DNA of 64,000 bases from a virus, in the IMG/VR virus record IMGVR_UViG_3300045136_000267. One strand, written 5' to 3'. The first letter of the stretch is position 1, and every line of letters begins with the position of its first letter. This document shows positions 60,097 through 64,000 of the stretch, in pieces. The translations under genes were made by a program, and so were the position numbers. The notes beneath the pieces are model-generated. The model was given only the letters and a program-made list of their open reading frames with translations. It did no database searches and had not been told where the DNA came from.

Positions 60097-60597
60097 ATGG
60101 AGTCGATTATGGACACCTTGACTGATAAAATGTTAAACATCTATTGTACTAATACAAAAGAAGCTCCTTTCGTCAAAACAGCATACGGTCCCCTTCTCTA
60201 TGCGTTAGCTGGCGCTGCTCCTGTTCTTTTAGGTATGTTTGGAGATTATATTTCTTATGGAGTGAAACGCTGGCTTGGGGACCCAAATGTATGGGAAGCC
60301 GAACGTGTGGCTAATTCCTTAGAGGGTCTCCCAGAGCCTTATAAGAGAGCTGCTAGATCTTTTGCTGCTGCTGGAATCAATCCTTTGCAAGCCTTAGGCT
60401 CGGCAGGAATTAATATATTTGATCCAGAAGCATCAATGTTACAAAGTCAAATAGCAAAGGCACAAGGTCAAGCTGCTTTGGAGAATACGCGAATGAATAG
60501 CGCGCTTGCTAAACTGCAATTAGTTAGACAGCTCGCTCCCCAACGTACAGATCCTGTTTCTGAATTTATGACTCTTATGGAAAAGTTAGTGTCATAG
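60097..60597 (+). CDS. KxA-leader protein with hydrophobic helix
   Basis: TKEAPFVKTAYG followed by PLLYALAGAAPVLLG. Confidence 0.65.
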   Translation: MESIMDTLTDKMLNIYCTNTKEAPFVKTAYGPLLYALAGAAPVLLGMFGDYISYGVKRWLGDPNVWEAERVANSLEGLPEPYKRAARSFAAAGINPLQALGSAGINIFDPEASMLQSQIAKAQGQAALENTRMNSALAKLQLVRQLAPQRTDPVSEFMTLMEKLVS

Positions 60598-60611
60598 AAG
60601 GTAAAAAAATT

Positions 60612-61262
60612 ATGGATAGACATCTGTTAGATAAAATTGACAATGGATGGAAATCTAGTAGATTATTATTTTTTCTCAGCTCTAAGCTGAATCCAGATAA
60701 AGTAGTTAAAACCGCCAGTCTTGTTTCTGACTCTGACGCTGCTAATTCTAAATATATTTGTGAAAAGATATTTGAGCGCTGTGATACTATCGGTGAATTC
60801 TTATTTAGTCATTATATGACTAAAAATGCTGAATACGTAACAATACCAGACTGCGATGATTATGTTAGAAAATCTTTTGCTCATTATATTAAGAACGTTA
60901 AAGAAGCAGGAGGATCCCTAGTCAATGATCCCTTTATCTCTGCTGTCTTGGGTGAGAAGAATGCTAAATACCTGGATAATAGGGTAGACTCTGAAATCAA
61001 GAATAATGAATATGATGGAATGTATCCTGCTTCTGTCTCTAAACTTGCTATGATTAAAGGTGCTTCTGAATCTTTTATTGATGAATGGAAGAAATTAGAG
61101 CCTGCAGATAAACTTGCTACTTTGCTAGGACTGCCTCCTAAGACTTTTCAAAAGAAGGCAGAGGATGAAATACTGCAAGATTTGTTAACTACTGTGGGTA
61201 AATTCTCTAATATTTTAGCTTTCAGTCTAATAGGTACTAAACCTCAAGCAGAAGAGAAATGA
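60612..61262 (+). CDS. Hypothetical protein with multiple KxA motifs
   Basis: VKTAS, TKNAE, VKEAG, SKLAM and QKKAE. Confidence 0.65.
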   Translation: MDRHLLDKIDNGWKSSRLLFFLSSKLNPDKVVKTASLVSDSDAANSKYICEKIFERCDTIGEFLFSHYMTKNAEYVTIPDCDDYVRKSFAHYIKNVKEAGGSLVNDPFISAVLGEKNAKYLDNRVDSEIKNNEYDGMYPASVSKLAMIKGASESFIDEWKKLEPADKLATLLGLPPKTFQKKAEDEILQDLLTTVGKFSNILAFSLIGTKPQAEEK

Positions 61263-61798
61263 AGAAATTATCTGAATTAGATTTAAGTCAACTCTTAGCT
61301 GGTACCACTGATGACTCTATAACGATCTCGGAAGGATTGGATATGAAATCCTTTCCTAATGAGAAGATACAATCTCAGTTTCTTTTAGTGCTAATGGATG
61401 CAATTGCAGATAGACTATTTTCTTTGAAAACTAGATATTCAGAAAATGCTATTTTAGCGGCTATCAAGTCAATATTTGAAGATGATCCTAATGAATTGGC
61501 TAAATCATTAATAGAAGAAAACCTAAGTAAAATTCAGGTTGATAGCGAAGGTTCTAATACATCCATTACAAACTATGAAACTTGGGAACAAGTTGATAAA
61601 CCTGGTAAATGGGATAAATTCCTTTTATTTCTAGGAATAGCTCCTTGGTACGCTCCGTCGTTAGAAACTTATTTCGGGGAAGATGAAGATTCCCTAGGTT
61701 TGTTACTGAAATCTATAAATACAGGCTATTTAGATCCACTTGTTTTGAAAGATGAATTAAAAGGCAAATCAGAAGATAATGATTCGAGACTTCAATGA
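61259..61798 (+). CDS. Hypothetical protein
   Basis: Coupled to the previous gene by an ATGA overlap. Confidence 0.65.
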   Translation: MKKLSELDLSQLLAGTTDDSITISEGLDMKSFPNEKIQSQFLLVLMDAIADRLFSLKTRYSENAILAAIKSIFEDDPNELAKSLIEENLSKIQVDSEGSNTSITNYETWEQVDKPGKWDKFLLFLGIAPWYAPSLETYFGEDEDSLGLLLKSINTGYLDPLVLKDELKGKSEDNDSRLQ

Positions 61799-61991
61799 GT
61801 TAGAAGAGACGTTGACTGATATTAAATCTAAACTATTGTATACCTATAATTTTAAGAAGTATGGTGGCGATACTTATCTAGCCATAAAAGAAACGTTGAA
61901 GACGTTAAATGATAAGTCTCCAGAAGAAGTTACATCAGAATTAGCTGAAGCATATTGTTATTCCAAAAATGTTAGGAACAATAAGAGCTAG
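61779..61991 (+). CDS. Small hypothetical protein
   Basis: Overlaps both neighbours in operon-like packing. Confidence 0.55.
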   Translation: MIRDFNELEETLTDIKSKLLYTYNFKKYGGDTYLAIKETLKTLNDKSPEEVTSELAEAYCYSKNVRNNKS

Positions 61992-62652
61992 GCCCAAAAG
62001 TTCAATTATTATTGTTATCCCTAACTCAGAATTATCCAATTCCTTCTCTGGAATTACGGAGGGTCTTGAAGGTATCTCTGATCTCTGTTCTTGTGACGAT
62101 CCCTTTTCTTCTTTACGTTTATTAGATGAACTAGTAAAAGTAAGACCAGCAACCAGCCTGCTATCAGATCCGTTTGGAAGATTAGGCTTCTTTGGAGATA
62201 TTATTGAACATCCTCCGGAACTATTTAATATATTTCCTAAGATATCTCCTAGGATTAAAGTAATTATTTCCAAGAAGAGACATTTTACTCCTGAGAGTAT
62301 AATTAAAAACCTACTTCCTTTCCCAGATATTATTCCTCCTGTCTTAGCTGATAATGTAAATGCTTCTTTACGTAGTACTACCTTCAAAAATATAAATGGT
62401 AAGAAAGTTTATATTGAGAAAGTAGAAAATGGCAAAGTTTGTGCTGATTTAATTCTAGGAAATGAAGATTCTAAGACTGCTTATCTTGGCATGAAATATG
62501 ATCACGGGAAGCTTTACTTAGCTATTCTCTTAGATATAGCTTCTCCTAAAGATGTCTTATCTAGATTGTCTGTTGACAATGTTAAACTTAAGAAAGTATC
62601 TAAAGAATCTCTTCTTGCTGTACTTAGCAAGTTTTTAAAAGCCAAAACATAA
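61969..62652 (+). CDS. Hypothetical protein
   Basis: ORF in the same operon. Confidence 0.6.
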   Translation: MLGTIRARPKSSIIIVIPNSELSNSFSGITEGLEGISDLCSCDDPFSSLRLLDELVKVRPATSLLSDPFGRLGFFGDIIEHPPELFNIFPKISPRIKVIISKKRHFTPESIIKNLLPFPDIIPPVLADNVNASLRSTTFKNINGKKVYIEKVENGKVCADLILGNEDSKTAYLGMKYDHGKLYLAILLDIASPKDVLSRLSVDNVKLKKVSKESLLAVLSKFLKAKT

Positions 62653-62690
62653 ACTAGAAATTTAATATCTTTTGGAATAATATATTACGT

Positions 62691-64000
62691 ATGCCTACCC
62701 CTGAGTCTTTAATCACACTAGGTACACCATCTACTTTAGGAACACCTTCTACTACAGGAATAGGTGTACTAGACTCTTTGTATTCTCTCTATAGAGCAGT
62801 AGCACCCTTGGCTAGCGTATTTCTGTCTGGTCAAGGGATGATGCATGTAGCACCAGATCAATCTGTAGGGGATCAAATCCAAAGACTTACTGCTCATAGA
62901 AGATCTTATGAATCTATAAAAAGGCTTCTCCCCAGTGAAATCGATGATATGAAAAATGCCATTAGAGGATTATTGATTTCCTCTGGAGTTGATAGATCAA
63001 CACTTGTACCAGGTTCTCCCGTTGAAGAGCACATAGATAGACTAGCAAGATTATTTGAAAAAGTATATCCGTTACTATTTTTCGCATATCCTAGTGCTAT
63101 TAAAGTTATAAATCCTAGATCTAAATTATTTTTAGCTAATTCATTAAATAAAGTCTTTGAAAGACTCACACCTTTCGCTTCACCAGAAGAATTAGCAGAT
63201 TTAGCAGCATCTGCTGCCACTAAAATTCTTTCAAATCCTAAATATCATCAAGGATTAGATGCTCACGAAATAGCAGAAGTTGCAGAAAAGGCTGTTAAAT
63301 TCGGTTTAGTAAGACTTGGTTCCGGTCAGCAATTTACAGATGATTTAATAGATACTATTGCAATAGTAGCTCCTGTCAGAGAAGAAGCTCTGCGTCGTGG
63401 TGGTCAGTTTTCTATTGAGAATGCTTTATCTCTAGCTAATCAAGTAGCACAGCAATTTCCTTCTGCTTCTCTTAGAGATATTGCTGTAGAAATTAGACGT
63501 AGATTTGAACTAGATGCTGCTGGAGGTGAATATAGATCTTTGACCTTAGATCCACAAGCAGCCTCCTATATTCGCCAATCTGGTGTACCAGTAGAAAAGC
63601 TGGAAAAGCAGCATGAAGAACTCAAGGAAAATGCAGTAAATTCTTACATGGGTTCTGCTATAGGGGCTATTGCTAAGGCTGTAAGAACTGGAATGGTATC
63701 TCCGAATAGTCCTGCTGGTAGGATATATCAAAATATTCAAGCTGGAGGAGTTCCTCCTATGATCTATCCACAGCATGCTTTTGAAGTTCTTGTTTCTTCT
63801 GGAATTGCCCCTGGTGTAGCTTCTATTATGTTATCGTCTCCAGAAGAAAATTCTCATTGGTTAACACCTAATGATGTCCAAGCTATAAGAAGAATGCAGA
63901 TGCAAGTAGATTGGATGCCTAGATTTCAAGCTATAGCAGCCTCTTTCCCTGGTAACGATCCCCAATCCAGAGCAGTGAGAGAAGCGATGCTATCAAAAGT
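62691..64000 (+). CDS. Large helical protein, 3'-truncated (possibly tape-measure-like or internal virion protein)
   Basis: ATG at 62691 (MPTPESLITLG...); Ala-rich frame appears open to the window end and is absent from the ORF track for lack of a stop. Confidence 0.65.
   Translation, partial: MPTPESLITLGTPSTLGTPSTTGIGVLDSLYSLYRAVAPLASVFLSGQGMMHVAPDQSVGDQIQRLTAHRRSYESIKRLLPSEIDDMKNAIRGLLISSGVDRSTLVPGSPVEEHIDRLARLFEKVYPLLFFAYPSAIKVINPRSKLFLANSLNKVFERLTPFASPEELADLAASAATKILSNPKYHQGLDAHEIAEVAEKAVKFGLVRLGSGQQFTDDLIDTIAIVAPVREEALRRGGQFSIENALSLANQVAQQFPSASLRDIAVEIRRRFELDAAGGEYRSLTLDPQAASYIRQSGVPVEKLEKQHEELKENAVNSYMGSAIGAIAKAVRTGMVSPNSPAGRIYQNIQAGGVPPMIYPQHAFEVLVSSGIAPGVASIMLSSPEENSHWLTPNDVQAIRRMQMQVDWMPRFQAIAASFPGNDPQSRAVREAMLSK

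Overview
AT-rich segment of a large (jumbo-type) tailed phage genome, almost all on the + strand, with GC-richer inserts. From left to right: tail/virion genes, an Rnl1-type RNA ligase, an IS200/IS605 TnpB element, DHFR, and two paralogous MoxR-like AAA ATPase + VWA modules, each followed by a tRNA. There are four tRNAs in all (Val-TAC, Ile-TAT, Arg-TCT, Lys-TTT). A second TnpB element, a tandem array of ~85-aa paralogs, and a block of short transcription units follow. Those units share a GG(C/A)ATAAATAA(T/G)TGG promoter-like motif and a hairpin+TTTTTAGCT terminator-like motif. Next come a 2.3-kb non-coding repeat region (origin or terminus candidate) and structural genes, including a portal-like protein with an intein and many proteins with a shared N-terminal leader ending K-x-A. 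The main candidate system is a compact Cas12m (type V-M/V-U1)-like effector at 18481-20142. It has an apparently intact D-E-D RuvC, a probable ACG start, and no cas1/cas2 in the window. Its 36-bp repeat occurs as a two-repeat mini-array that runs directly into tRNA-Ile(UAU), and as two solitary copies in 5' leaders at 16519 (+) and 39831 (-). All calls come from reading the sequence by eye; no searches were run.
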